From an uncultured virus (IMG/VR IMGVR_UViG_3300010345_000473) (taxonomy: Duplodnaviria; Heunggongvirae; Uroviricota; Caudoviricetes): 64,000 nucleotides of DNA. The notes beneath the pieces are model-generated. The model was not told where the DNA came from. It ran no database searches and saw nothing but the letters and a program-made list of their open reading frames with translations. This document shows positions 47,720-57,526 of the stretch, in pieces. Position 1 is the first letter of the stretch. Every line of letters begins with the position of its first letter. The stretch lies in the IMG/VR virus record IMGVR_UViG_3300010345_000473. One strand, written 5' to 3'. The translations under genes were made by a program, and so were the position numbers.

Positions 47720-50617
47720 ATGTTCACGTTTAAGTTGCTGGATGTAGACCGCCATTTTCAGTCTGTACGACATGTCACCTCGACAAAAATTAATCACAAG
47801 GGTGACAATGGAGCGCGTGGTTTGTTCTCAGAATCCATTTTCGGACCATTGCGAGATTATCAATGTGGTTGCGGGCGGTACAAGGGTGTTCAGTTTCAGG
47901 GGATCACATGTGATGTGTGTGGGGTCACAGTACAATCTTCCGTTTCTCGGCGGCTCACCTTTGGGAAGTTGCAGCTCGAGAATGGGTATGTACTTGTGAA
48001 CCCCACCGCATTCAACATGATGATTTATGAATGCATCACATCAAAGGATCTTCGTCAGGAAGCATATGCTGTGACGTTTGGGAAACAATTCATCGATCGT
48101 GTTACTGGGAAACTTGTGTCATCCAACGAATCGAATTACACAGGGCCCATGGCATTTCGTGACGAAATCTATCCAAAGATCAAAACGCATATTTTGGAAA
48201 CACATGGTGAAATTGAAGGACAACGACTTCTTGATATGCTTGACCCATGTCTGTTCACCACACTCGTTCCTGTCATTCCACCCGACCTTCGGCCCATCAT
48301 ATCAGGCATTGGCTCCACCACGTTTATGGATGACCTCAACAAAAGTTACATGATTATGCTGATGTACATCAAACACATCAATGATGCACCACTCGATTGT
48401 CATGTCAAGCTTGCCCTACTCCAAACTCATTATCATGAACTGAATAAGAAGCTACTCAAAAAATTGTCCACGAAGAGTGGATTGATGCGGCGATACATTC
48501 TTGGCAAACGTGTGGACTATTCTGGACGAGCTGTCATCGTTCCGGATCCCACACTCAACATACATCAGGTGGATGTACCATTCGCCATCATCAAGGAGAT
48601 CTTCAAACCCGTTCTCCTGCAACGACTTGCCACGCATCTGGAACGGTCGGAGATCGAGGTTCTCAACTCCTACTACGATAGTTCCAACAATGATGATGTC
48701 CTTTTTGAAATCGCACAAGAGATTGCTGGGTATCCCGTCTTCCTTAACAGGCAACCGACACTCCACCGACCCAGCATCTTGGTGTTCTTTGTCCGTCGGG
48801 TTATTCGGGACAATGTCCTTGCCATCCCGCCGGTGATCACCGAGCCGTTTAATGCGGACTTTGATGGAGATCAGATGGCGATATACTTCCCCATCGGCGG
48901 ACCCGCGTTTAACGAATCGTTGACGTTGACACCACTTCATAACTTGTCTCTGCCATCGAATGGAGAGATTGCTTTTCAGTTTGTTGAAGATCTTGTGCTT
49001 GGATTGTACACCACATCATTGACATCGGATGGCTGGGATATGATCTTTCGGGTGATGCCCTCCGAAACACATGTTATTGTTAACAAGTACAAGATGTCGG
49101 GCACACCGCTTGTGGGTAAAACAGTTCGCGCCATGCTGAATGAAATCAACGATTCCTGTGATCAACATGTGGTGTTAACGACACTCAACTCGTTGGCCAA
49201 GTTTGCTCACAACCAGGCACACATTGCGGTATCGATTACTGATTTTGCCACTGCTGCGCCGGGTATGACTGATAATCCTGTGTCTCTCATGGTGGATGGA
49301 CATGCCCGTGGGAAATGGGACCAACTTAAACAGATCAACGATACTCATGGGTTTGTCAGCGATGTTGAGGGACATGTTATTCCCACTGCTGTGAAATCGA
49401 ATCTGCTAAATGGTTTGAGCGAGGATGAGTTCTTTGCCTCGGCGTATGGTGGGATCAAGGGACTGATCAACACCGCAAAGAGCACTTCACAATCGGGATA
49501 TCTGACACGACGACTCATCTATATCACCAGTCGGAATGTCTTGCATGATTCCATGGTGGATTGTGGATCAACGTCTCCCATCGCCATTCATATGACCGAC
49601 AAGAAGTTTGCTGAGATGTTTCTGTATCGAGTCATGACATTGTCTCCCACGGGACCCATGTTTACACTCACTAGAGACAACATCGACGCCGTGGTGGGCA
49701 ACACGTGTTATGTGCGGAGTCCAATCACCTGTATGGCGCCCGCGGGAACGATCTGTCATACATGTTATGGGCATCTGTTCAAGAAGCACAACTCGAGGCA
49801 GATTGGATACATCGCCGCACAATCTTTGGGTGAACGATCCACACAGTTGACACTTCGAACGAAGCACACCTCCGGGGCCACGGATATTGTTTTGCCTTCA
49901 TGGCTCGAGATCGTCGATGGTGTGATGAAGTCTACGATTCCCGTGGTTGTGACCAAGTATGGTGATCGGATTGTGGTTTCCGACAACACGGAAAACGAAG
50001 TTGTTGAGATGCCACACGCCACACTCGATATCACTGCGGTGGATGTTGTGCGTGATATTGTCCAAGACGACGATTGTTGTGTTGATGATGATGATGAGCT
50101 TGGTGGCATGGTAATGGTACACGAAGTTATCACCATTAATCATCCTGGTATTATTGGGAACATCACTCTCACATCGGAAGATGTTGTCACCGCGGTGGTG
50201 GACTTTAGTTCGTTGCTGCGGAACATCCCATGCCGGATTCGTGCGCTCAATGTGTCTCCCGATATATCGTCGGTGTTGACATACATTCTCACGAACTATG
50301 ATTTCTCCGATGTACATTCAGTGCACTATGAATTGCTGCTCAGTATGTATTGCCGACGGGAGGATGATCCAGATGTTCCATATAGACAGAATCCCACGGG
50401 TCCAAACATCTGGGTGAAAGAGAAAGACGTTCTCGATGCCATGGCCATTCAGAGTATGGTGTTTGAACGCTTCAATCAGAAGCTTCCCAAGGCCATCTAC
50501 ACGCACACTGTACAACAAACCACACTCGGGGACGATAACAACATTCTCACACAACTCACACAATTCGAGTTTGGTACAAAACGCATTAGCCATAATGGCA
50601 CGATGTATGGTCGATGA
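47720..50617 (+). CDS. rpoC: Multi-subunit RNA polymerase beta' subunit (RNAP-2), unsplit
   Basis: GLFSESIFGP, Zn finger CGCG..CDVCG, PPDLRP, GKRVDYSGRAVI, NRQPTLHR, NADFDGDQM, TSQSGYLTRRL, QLTLRTKH. Confidence 0.96.
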   Translation: MFTFKLLDVDRHFQSVRHVTSTKINHKGDNGARGLFSESIFGPLRDYQCGCGRYKGVQFQGITCDVCGVTVQSSVSRRLTFGKLQLENGYVLVNPTAFNMMIYECITSKDLRQEAYAVTFGKQFIDRVTGKLVSSNESNYTGPMAFRDEIYPKIKTHILETHGEIEGQRLLDMLDPCLFTTLVPVIPPDLRPIISGIGSTTFMDDLNKSYMIMLMYIKHINDAPLDCHVKLALLQTHYHELNKKLLKKLSTKSGLMRRYILGKRVDYSGRAVIVPDPTLNIHQVDVPFAIIKEIFKPVLLQRLATHLERSEIEVLNSYYDSSNNDDVLFEIAQEIAGYPVFLNRQPTLHRPSILVFFVRRVIRDNVLAIPPVITEPFNADFDGDQMAIYFPIGGPAFNESLTLTPLHNLSLPSNGEIAFQFVEDLVLGLYTTSLTSDGWDMIFRVMPSETHVIVNKYKMSGTPLVGKTVRAMLNEINDSCDQHVVLTTLNSLAKFAHNQAHIAVSITDFATAAPGMTDNPVSLMVDGHARGKWDQLKQINDTHGFVSDVEGHVIPTAVKSNLLNGLSEDEFFASAYGGIKGLINTAKSTSQSGYLTRRLIYITSRNVLHDSMVDCGSTSPIAIHMTDKKFAEMFLYRVMTLSPTGPMFTLTRDNIDAVVGNTCYVRSPITCMAPAGTICHTCYGHLFKKHNSRQIGYIAAQSLGERSTQLTLRTKHTSGATDIVLPSWLEIVDGVMKSTIPVVVTKYGDRIVVSDNTENEVVEMPHATLDITAVDVVRDIVQDDDCCVDDDDELGGMVMVHEVITINHPGIIGNITLTSEDVVTAVVDFSSLLRNIPCRIRALNVSPDISSVLTYILTNYDFSDVHSVHYELLLSMYCRREDDPDVPYRQNPTGPNIWVKEKDVLDAMAIQSMVFERFNQKLPKAIYTHTVQQTTLGDDNNILTQLTQFEFGTKRISHNGTMYGR

Positions 50618-50649
50618 GCTGTGTTTGACTCGGAGGAGGGGTACCACAA

Positions 50650-52131
50650 ATGAATGGCCTTTGTTTGCCTGATGACATGCTATGGGGCCCAGATGGTGAG
50701 GATTATAAGAAAAACATCATGACGATGCGGACAGCGATCGCGCGTAATATGCTCGATCGCGTTCGCGCTTATATCGACGACATCTATAGCAAACAGCTTC
50801 CTGAAAAGAAAGCTGAAATCGATGCCCGAGTGCTTAAACCGAAATCTGTAAGTGGTTCATCATTCTCGATGTTCTATAAAGGAGTCGAGCTTCCCGTTAT
50901 CAACAAAACGGTTATGACATTGGATGGCATCGATTATGTACCAGTGTTTCAGATTGTTGACAATCCAGTCCACTCACAAAAGGGTGGAAAGTTCATTATT
51001 GTCAAAACGAATATGCGGAATGCATTCATCAAACTTATGGGCGACCGCGCCTTTGTACTCACAAAGAAATCAACAGTCCCACTTCTTATCTATATGTTTC
51101 GGTTGACACGAGATGTAGACGAATTGTGCGATATGTTGCATTTCGAACGATGCCACGAAAGCGAAGCGGCATATGCAATACCCGACATCTTCAGTGATGA
51201 TGAAGATGATCGATTTGTCTACATCAGACCCTACGAACGTGGTTACTGGAAAGATTATCTGCTTTCTCCCTTTGTACTTGAAGCAAAAGAACAACACGAA
51301 GAGATTCTGCGAATTATTCGGCGCACCATTGTGTTGCATGAGGAAGAACTGCCCTGCATTGATCCACGCGATATTATTACCAAGCAGGCTCATGCCACAG
51401 GAATCGATGCAACAGATCTTGAAGGCAACGAGGATACCATCGACCCTGTTGAAGATTCGTCGCTGGATATTGAAGATGGAGGCGATGGCACCCGTACCAT
51501 TCACGATGGAGCCGTCACTATCACACTAGCGCCACAGAGTTCACATATGCACGACGAAACGTGGCCTATTATTATTTATCATGAAGCGTATTCGAAATCT
51601 AAATGCACATTGACCAAGGCATATGTGGCGGCCACACTGGTGAAGCTGATTACAAAGGATGTCACCTTGTCCAATATGTCTGTGTTTGATTTTATTGTGG
51701 ACAGTGTGGTGAACGACAATCCACTTCCCATCGCCACCACCATCGGTGACCTCAATCAGAAGATGTTGCGATTCATGGAATGGTTTCCCATGAAGATTTC
51801 AACCGTTCAATCGTATCCAGATCAGAGTATGGTGATGGAAGTCGCCAAGGTGGAGCAGCGACTTGTCTACGATAACAACATCAATCCACTTTCCGAACTT
51901 GCCATGATGTCCCGAGCGAACTTGTTTGGGAAGGGTGGACTCCCAAGAGAGTCATGCCAGGCATCGGTGAGAAATATTCATGAGAGTTATTTCAATGTTA
52001 TCGATCCCATCGATAGTCCAAGCGGCATGTCTGTGGGCATCAGTTTGCATATCGTTCCCGAGATCCATAGTTTCAATCTTCAGCGAGAGGTCGCAGAACG
52101 ATCAAAGATCCGTCGATTCGCTCGTGGATGA
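50650..52131 (+). CDS. rpoB: RNA polymerase beta subunit, N-terminal part (RNAP-2)
   Basis: INPLSELA...FGKGGL...VRNIHESYFNVIDPIDSPSGMSVG matches beta region D/E. Confidence 0.85.
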   Translation: MNGLCLPDDMLWGPDGEDYKKNIMTMRTAIARNMLDRVRAYIDDIYSKQLPEKKAEIDARVLKPKSVSGSSFSMFYKGVELPVINKTVMTLDGIDYVPVFQIVDNPVHSQKGGKFIIVKTNMRNAFIKLMGDRAFVLTKKSTVPLLIYMFRLTRDVDELCDMLHFERCHESEAAYAIPDIFSDDEDDRFVYIRPYERGYWKDYLLSPFVLEAKEQHEEILRIIRRTIVLHEEELPCIDPRDIITKQAHATGIDATDLEGNEDTIDPVEDSSLDIEDGGDGTRTIHDGAVTITLAPQSSHMHDETWPIIIYHEAYSKSKCTLTKAYVAATLVKLITKDVTLSNMSVFDFIVDSVVNDNPLPIATTIGDLNQKMLRFMEWFPMKISTVQSYPDQSMVMEVAKVEQRLVYDNNINPLSELAMMSRANLFGKGGLPRESCQASVRNIHESYFNVIDPIDSPSGMSVGISLHIVPEIHSFNLQREVAERSKIRRFARG

Positions 52132-52164
52132 AAAGAATCCTTCGTATTTTGATGCGGAGAGGGT

Positions 52165-53919
52165 GTGACTATTATACTTAGTACAACAAGTCGATGTGTT
52201 CCATTTCTCGAGCATAACGATACCACTCGCTGCCAGATGGGATGTGCACAGACGAGACAAGCGGTAACGTTATTGCAGCCACATGTGCCCTATGTCCGGT
52301 CTGGGTATGAGGAGCAATATCTTGACTATACATCATACTGTTATCGAGCAACCTATGATGGTCGGGTTGTGCATCGGGATCGATGGATACTGATTGTCAA
52401 GTACGATACTGATGACCCTATTTGCCCAGGAGAGGCCATCAGTCTCGGATGGACTGTGGCAAATCGTGATGGATTTGACAAACGATTGATCTCCACACTC
52501 AACACGGGTGATACGTTCACAAAGGGTACACTTCTCGCGCGGCATCCATCCATTTCACCCGATGGGTTTCTGCGACTTGGCAAGAATCTGATGACCACAT
52601 TTATCAGTTGTCCATATAACTACAAGGATGCCATCGCCATCTCGGAAACATGTGCCAAGAAGATGGCAATACGATATGTGCATTCTCATGAGATGATTTT
52701 TGAAGACGATGCTCCCATTGTGTGGATCAACGACACCATTGGACATCCACAGGGAACCTTTGTTAAGAAAGCCGATCCAATTTTCGTCATCAAACCAAAG
52801 AATCCACTGTTCATTTCTTCAGTGACACATCCGGGCAAAGTGATCCGGATGCCAGTTTCTGGATGTCTGTTTTGGGATGTTGAAGTCGATTGTGTACTCA
52901 AGACTCCAAAAGAGATCGCGGCATATGATGCGATCTACGACAAACAGATTGATGATGCTACTCGAGTTGGTGCGGCAATCGACTTCGTTTTTGGTGCTGA
53001 TCCATATATGGCGGATGCATACAAACGTCGCTATATGGGACATGCGGGAGACCGACGAAATGGATCATGCATTGTCTTGCGATATTGGATCGTGGAAGAA
53101 GTCGATATACAGCGAGGATCGAAGTTGTCTAACCGGCATGGCAACAAGGGTGTCGTTTCTGTAATCTTCCCCGACAAGGACGCACCACACACCGAGCATG
53201 GGGAAGTCGTTGATGTCATTCTGAATCCCATGTCGATTCCATCCCGTCGAAATGTTGGTCAGCTCTTTGAGCTCCATATCACACGAGCAATGAACAAGAC
53301 GTTCAACAAAGCGATGGTGTGTGATACATTGGATGAACGCAAAGCGCTTGTGGGCAACTTTCTTCAAAAGGTTCAACACCCCAGACTCACCGAGTTGTTT
53401 ATGCAACAGTTTAACGAGGATATGTGGAATGATATGGTTCATGCACAAGGGTTTCAGATGATTTCTCGGCCCTTTGAATCGTACTCATATGAAACACTTC
53501 TCCAGACGTGTCACGAATCGGGTCTCGGACCCGACCTCAAAGAACCGGTGACTTTTGGTGGGCAAACCATCAATGCCGCGATTGGATACAACTATTGGTA
53601 TCGACTCGAGCACGAACCATTCAAGAAGATCTTTGGTCGGTCAGTGGGTGCCTATGGACGCATCGGTCAGCCCATTCGGGGAAGCAATGCCCATCGACTT
53701 GGTGAGCTGGAAATCTGGGCACTCCTCGCACACCAGGCATACGAAAACATTGTGGAGATGATGGTACCGAAATCCGATAACATGACGGAGACCGCTCGCA
53801 TGCTAAAGGCACTTCACGATGGACATGCGGATCTCTACTCACCACACGACACCACAGTGGGAGCCATGCGCCTGATGAAGATCTATCTGCAGGCCGCTGG
53901 GTATGATTGTACAGAGTAG
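52165..53919 (+). CDS. rpoB: RNA polymerase beta subunit, C-terminal part (RNAP-2)
   Basis: PFLEHNDTTR..GCAQTRQA, GKNL, KLSNRHGNKGVV, LNPMSIPSRRNVGQ, RLGELEIWAL. Confidence 0.93.
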   Translation: MTIILSTTSRCVPFLEHNDTTRCQMGCAQTRQAVTLLQPHVPYVRSGYEEQYLDYTSYCYRATYDGRVVHRDRWILIVKYDTDDPICPGEAISLGWTVANRDGFDKRLISTLNTGDTFTKGTLLARHPSISPDGFLRLGKNLMTTFISCPYNYKDAIAISETCAKKMAIRYVHSHEMIFEDDAPIVWINDTIGHPQGTFVKKADPIFVIKPKNPLFISSVTHPGKVIRMPVSGCLFWDVEVDCVLKTPKEIAAYDAIYDKQIDDATRVGAAIDFVFGADPYMADAYKRRYMGHAGDRRNGSCIVLRYWIVEEVDIQRGSKLSNRHGNKGVVSVIFPDKDAPHTEHGEVVDVILNPMSIPSRRNVGQLFELHITRAMNKTFNKAMVCDTLDERKALVGNFLQKVQHPRLTELFMQQFNEDMWNDMVHAQGFQMISRPFESYSYETLLQTCHESGLGPDLKEPVTFGGQTINAAIGYNYWYRLEHEPFKKIFGRSVGAYGRIGQPIRGSNAHRLGELEIWALLAHQAYENIVEMMVPKSDNMTETARMLKALHDGHADLYSPHDTTVGAMRLMKIYLQAAGYDCTE

Positions 53920-53927
53920 CACTTTAT

Positions 53928-53974
53928 AAAGAGTCGGCCGGGAAAGCCCAAGGCTTTAGCCTTGGGTAGCTCAC
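53928..53974 (+). mobile_element. IS200/IS605-family end remnant (miniature PATE-like element)
   Basis: TTTAT followed by AAAGAGTCGGCCGGGAAAG-CCCAAGGC-TTTA-GCCTTGGG-TAGCTCAC: subterminal hairpin and TCAC end; no tnpA or tnpB. Confidence 0.65.
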
Positions 53975-54049
53975 GTGTACCCCGAAAACGCACAAGTCGA
54001 ACAAAGAATGAGACGGTGTCTCATCGATTAAATCTGATTCGTTTTTGGG

Positions 54050-54685
54050 GTGATTATGTTGCCATGCGTTGTTAATTTGTCTCAGTTGATCGAGAACCAC
54101 ACATTGTCGCTTTCTGTGAGCACGGTGGTGAAGACAATCACGTGTTTCGATAAGATGATGGCTCGATGTTACTATGATGGCGCCCCTGAGTACATCCATC
54201 CATCACGGTGTAAGTTCTGTCACGACTACCAGGATCGTATGCACAAGGCCTCACTACTCTGTCGCAAACATTATTTTGTCGACTTGTACAATAGGCCACG
54301 GGTGCGCGTATCCAATCTGGAGTATCGTGGAGTTTCATTTGAACTTGTGGGTCGGTATGCCCTGCGTCGGATGCCAAATTGTATCTATGTGTTTTATCTG
54401 ACACCGATGCATATCGATACAAAGCGGTTCTGTGTTTATGCGTTCCCACCAAACGATGAGATGTTCGGGCAAAAGAAACACAACTACAACTGGGTATGTT
54501 TCCGACGGCCTGGGATCTTCACCTATAACATGGATGTCAACACATATGCCATGGACACCTCGGATCCGTTCCACGTGTCCATCAATCAGGTGGGATTTCA
54601 GCCCATCATCCAGAATATTAAGCGATTGCAACATAAGCGTCCCATCAACTATGTTGACCCCGATATGATCTGCACAGATGAATGA
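54050..54685 (+). CDS. Hypothetical Cys-containing protein
   Basis: 211-aa ORF. Confidence 0.6.
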   Translation: MIMLPCVVNLSQLIENHTLSLSVSTVVKTITCFDKMMARCYYDGAPEYIHPSRCKFCHDYQDRMHKASLLCRKHYFVDLYNRPRVRVSNLEYRGVSFELVGRYALRRMPNCIYVFYLTPMHIDTKRFCVYAFPPNDEMFGQKKHNYNWVCFRRPGIFTYNMDVNTYAMDTSDPFHVSINQVGFQPIIQNIKRLQHKRPINYVDPDMICTDE

Positions 54686-55260
54686 TGACGTACGAAACGT
54701 ATCTGCATCAACCCATCAGTCTTTCGGTCTCGGAAAATCAAACCACAACGTTTCGGATTCCCCTTGTGTTTGAGGGGAATCCGAAACTCTTCAAGTCATT
54801 CTTGCTTCAGGTAAAACGCATTATTCGAACGAGTGTGGAGTACAACCAATGGAAACAGTGGATTCATGGCATGTTCGGACCAGGTGTCTGTGCAGTTTCC
54901 CAAAACATCGCCGCCATTGAAGTACACCATCATCCATTGACCCTGGAGGACTACATCTACATTGCGCTGTCGTACTTTGACCGCCACGAATATGCCTACA
55001 CATCGATGTTGGTGGCGGACATTGTTATGCGATGGCACTACGAACATATCGTAGGGGCCGTATTCCTATCCACCACATATCACGAACGATTCCATGAGTT
55101 CCACGATGTTGTGATTCCTGAAAGTTCGATTCATTGTGATTTCGAGAAGCTGTTTAGTAACGAGATCATTCGAGCACACATGGAACCCGCACACCTTGCG
55201 AAGTTCGAAATATACTGCCCCGGGTTCACGGCAACACATGCCGAGTTATTCGTAGCATGA
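54682..55260 (+). CDS. HNH-like His-rich phage protein
   Basis: CAVS...IEVHHHPLTL...FLSTTYHERFH. Confidence 0.5.
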   Translation: MMTYETYLHQPISLSVSENQTTTFRIPLVFEGNPKLFKSFLLQVKRIIRTSVEYNQWKQWIHGMFGPGVCAVSQNIAAIEVHHHPLTLEDYIYIALSYFDRHEYAYTSMLVADIVMRWHYEHIVGAVFLSTTYHERFHEFHDVVIPESSIHCDFEKLFSNEIIRAHMEPAHLAKFEIYCPGFTATHAELFVA

Positions 55261-55290
55261 TTCTCACTCACTGAAAGGGGTTGTTTTAGA

Positions 55291-56865
55291 GTGTCCACGC
55301 TTTTTGTGTACATGTCATGCACACCAGATCGAAATGCTGATTTCTTGGAAGTGCTTGGAAAACATATCATCAATTCGGATGATTCATTTATGCAGGTTGG
55401 CGCACGTTTGAGTGATGCACTTGCTCCCATGCGGCCCAAAGCCGATTCGATTGCAAGTTTCAAAGCGGCTAATCTCAATCGTTCGTCCTTCATCTACGGA
55501 TGCACAACTCGTTATTCTGATTCGGATCGAATCGCCTATACAGGATCAACCACCGATGCCTTTGCCTCCATTGGGCAACAGTCCATTGTGATCGATGGTG
55601 AGATCACCAACATCGAGGTGATTCGGTCCACATACAATCTCCCAACTTCACAAACTGTGGCGGAAACGATGTTACATTATTATAACATGTTGATGCGTTC
55701 ACCGAATCAAACTCCCATTAATATCGGCGAAGCCTTTTTGCGGGAGTGCTCGGGAACATTCTCCCTAATCGTATACGACGCTGCCCAGCGACGTCTTATT
55801 GTTTGTCAGAATGGCATGCCACTTTACATTAGATCGATTCCTGGTAATGATCTTGTGATCTGTAGTGAAGTTCTCAAACTTGACAACACATATCCCACAA
55901 GCAATTTCAACCAAATCCCCACGGGCACCGTGAATATTGTTAATGTAAAATCGATGGCGGTTACCGAAACATCTCGTCGAGCTACACATGCGCTCAAAAA
56001 CACCGCGGTACCTCTTCCCGATGTGAACAAGATGCTGTTGGTCACGGATACTCAGCTTGGCCTCGAAGTCGGAGGACTCTTGACACTTTTGCAACGACGA
56101 ATGTCTTATACGAAGTTCTCGGGTCAGCTGGGAATGTGTGTCTGTTCCGTGGGGTCCGAGAAGAATCCATCGATTGAAATCTTTCGGGATATGTACACCA
56201 ACATCATCAAATCATATAACCCAACAATGACACCAGCACAACTCTTTACGAGCACATGCGATCTTTCCAATATGGCAATCACCGGATCGGTGGCTGCACT
56301 GAATGATGCAGCACCCAAGTACAATGGCTTGACACAACATGGCCGCGCTGGGATCATTGCATATCAAGCTCTGATGGCGGCCCTGTCTCTTGGGTATGGC
56401 AAGATTGGCATCATCAACACCGCAAAATATAACACAAAACTCATCACTGTGCTTCGTTCGTTGATTGACACAGTATCGCCCTCTCATATTCCTGTGATTC
56501 CGTTTTTCACAAATTACGACTACCATCAGGTTGTTTTGTATGTACATGATGTCAATATGAAGCACATCGCTTCTCTCACCGATTGCATGACACCTGAACG
56601 TGCATCAGAAAACAATTCACCAAACAAACGCGTAAAGTCCTGTGGTGAATGTGTGGGGTGTATTCGTCGGCAACGAGCCTTTGTGGCAGCATCACTCATC
56701 GATCCCGCCAAATATGATATCTCTTATTCATCAGATGACCGGTACAACAAACGGGTGAGTCGCATTAATGTGGGCGAGATCAAGTACAATCATGCGGATG
56801 GCGCATACCGGGTCAATTCCTTTGAGGAATCGGTGATTGCTGATGCGTTGGCGAACACGCGCTGA
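55291..56865 (+). CDS. Divergent class II glutamine amidotransferase-QueC fusion (Gat-QueC-like)
   Basis: N-half IDGEITN, GTFSLIVYD, PLYI, ICSE (Ntn-GATase). C-half DC...CGECVGCIRRQRAF...DPAKY (QueC zinc site). The SGGLDS loop and N-terminal Cys are missing. Confidence 0.7.
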   Translation: MSTLFVYMSCTPDRNADFLEVLGKHIINSDDSFMQVGARLSDALAPMRPKADSIASFKAANLNRSSFIYGCTTRYSDSDRIAYTGSTTDAFASIGQQSIVIDGEITNIEVIRSTYNLPTSQTVAETMLHYYNMLMRSPNQTPINIGEAFLRECSGTFSLIVYDAAQRRLIVCQNGMPLYIRSIPGNDLVICSEVLKLDNTYPTSNFNQIPTGTVNIVNVKSMAVTETSRRATHALKNTAVPLPDVNKMLLVTDTQLGLEVGGLLTLLQRRMSYTKFSGQLGMCVCSVGSEKNPSIEIFRDMYTNIIKSYNPTMTPAQLFTSTCDLSNMAITGSVAALNDAAPKYNGLTQHGRAGIIAYQALMAALSLGYGKIGIINTAKYNTKLITVLRSLIDTVSPSHIPVIPFFTNYDYHQVVLYVHDVNMKHIASLTDCMTPERASENNSPNKRVKSCGECVGCIRRQRAFVAASLIDPAKYDISYSSDDRYNKRVSRINVGEIKYNHADGAYRVNSFEESVIADALANTR

Positions 56866-57526
56866 AGACGATGAAGCACGGCTTGCTATTTTAGATGTTA
56901 TAACAACGACACCAAAATCCATCATCTTCATCGACACAAAAACACATCAGCGGTTCTCTGTCTTGGTGGACCGATTTGCGGCATTCTCAATGAAAGGGAT
57001 ATACATTGATATGGAACGACAAAATGTGTACAATCATTGTTTCCATAACATTCATCTCTTGCATCCCGTGGTGTATGCGGATGAATGGACGTCGGTGATT
57101 CTGAAACTACACACAATGTTTCATATCACATCGCTTGTGTGTATGGATACGCGGTGGGTGCACCAATACCGACAAGCATTGACGGGCATCACCGTGGATC
57201 ACGAGACTGATGTTGATGACATGTTGAGTCTTAACATCGAATCTACGCTCACCAAGGAATATCCAGATCGAGTTGTGATCACACATGTGGATACTTTGGA
57301 TTTCTATGTTAAACTGTTTGAGTATCAGAGTCAGGCAAAACATATTGTGTTGGACATGCCCACCATCGATATCGAGGAGCATGCCCTCATCAATCATATG
57401 GCGATGTGCCGTGGCTTTGCGGTTCAACGACTCTATAAAGATCGTCGATTCACTGTTAACCTCTATACCCGCGTGGTGAGCGAGAATGCTGACAATTGCG
57501 AAGACTTTGGGGTATATCAATCGTAA
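56837..57526 (+). CDS. Hypothetical protein
   Basis: 229-aa ORF overlapping its neighbours. Confidence 0.55.
   Translation: MLMRWRTRAEDDEARLAILDVITTTPKSIIFIDTKTHQRFSVLVDRFAAFSMKGIYIDMERQNVYNHCFHNIHLLHPVVYADEWTSVILKLHTMFHITSLVCMDTRWVHQYRQALTGITVDHETDVDDMLSLNIESTLTKEYPDRVVITHVDTLDFYVKLFEYQSQAKHIVLDMPTIDIEEHALINHMAMCRGFAVQRLYKDRRFTVNLYTRVVSENADNCEDFGVYQS

Noticed and set aside
25959..53919. Cellular (bacterial) rpoBC locus
   Set aside because: Gene order is beta' then beta, the proteins are highly diverged and duplicated, there are no ribosomal-protein neighbours, and the context is phage genes.
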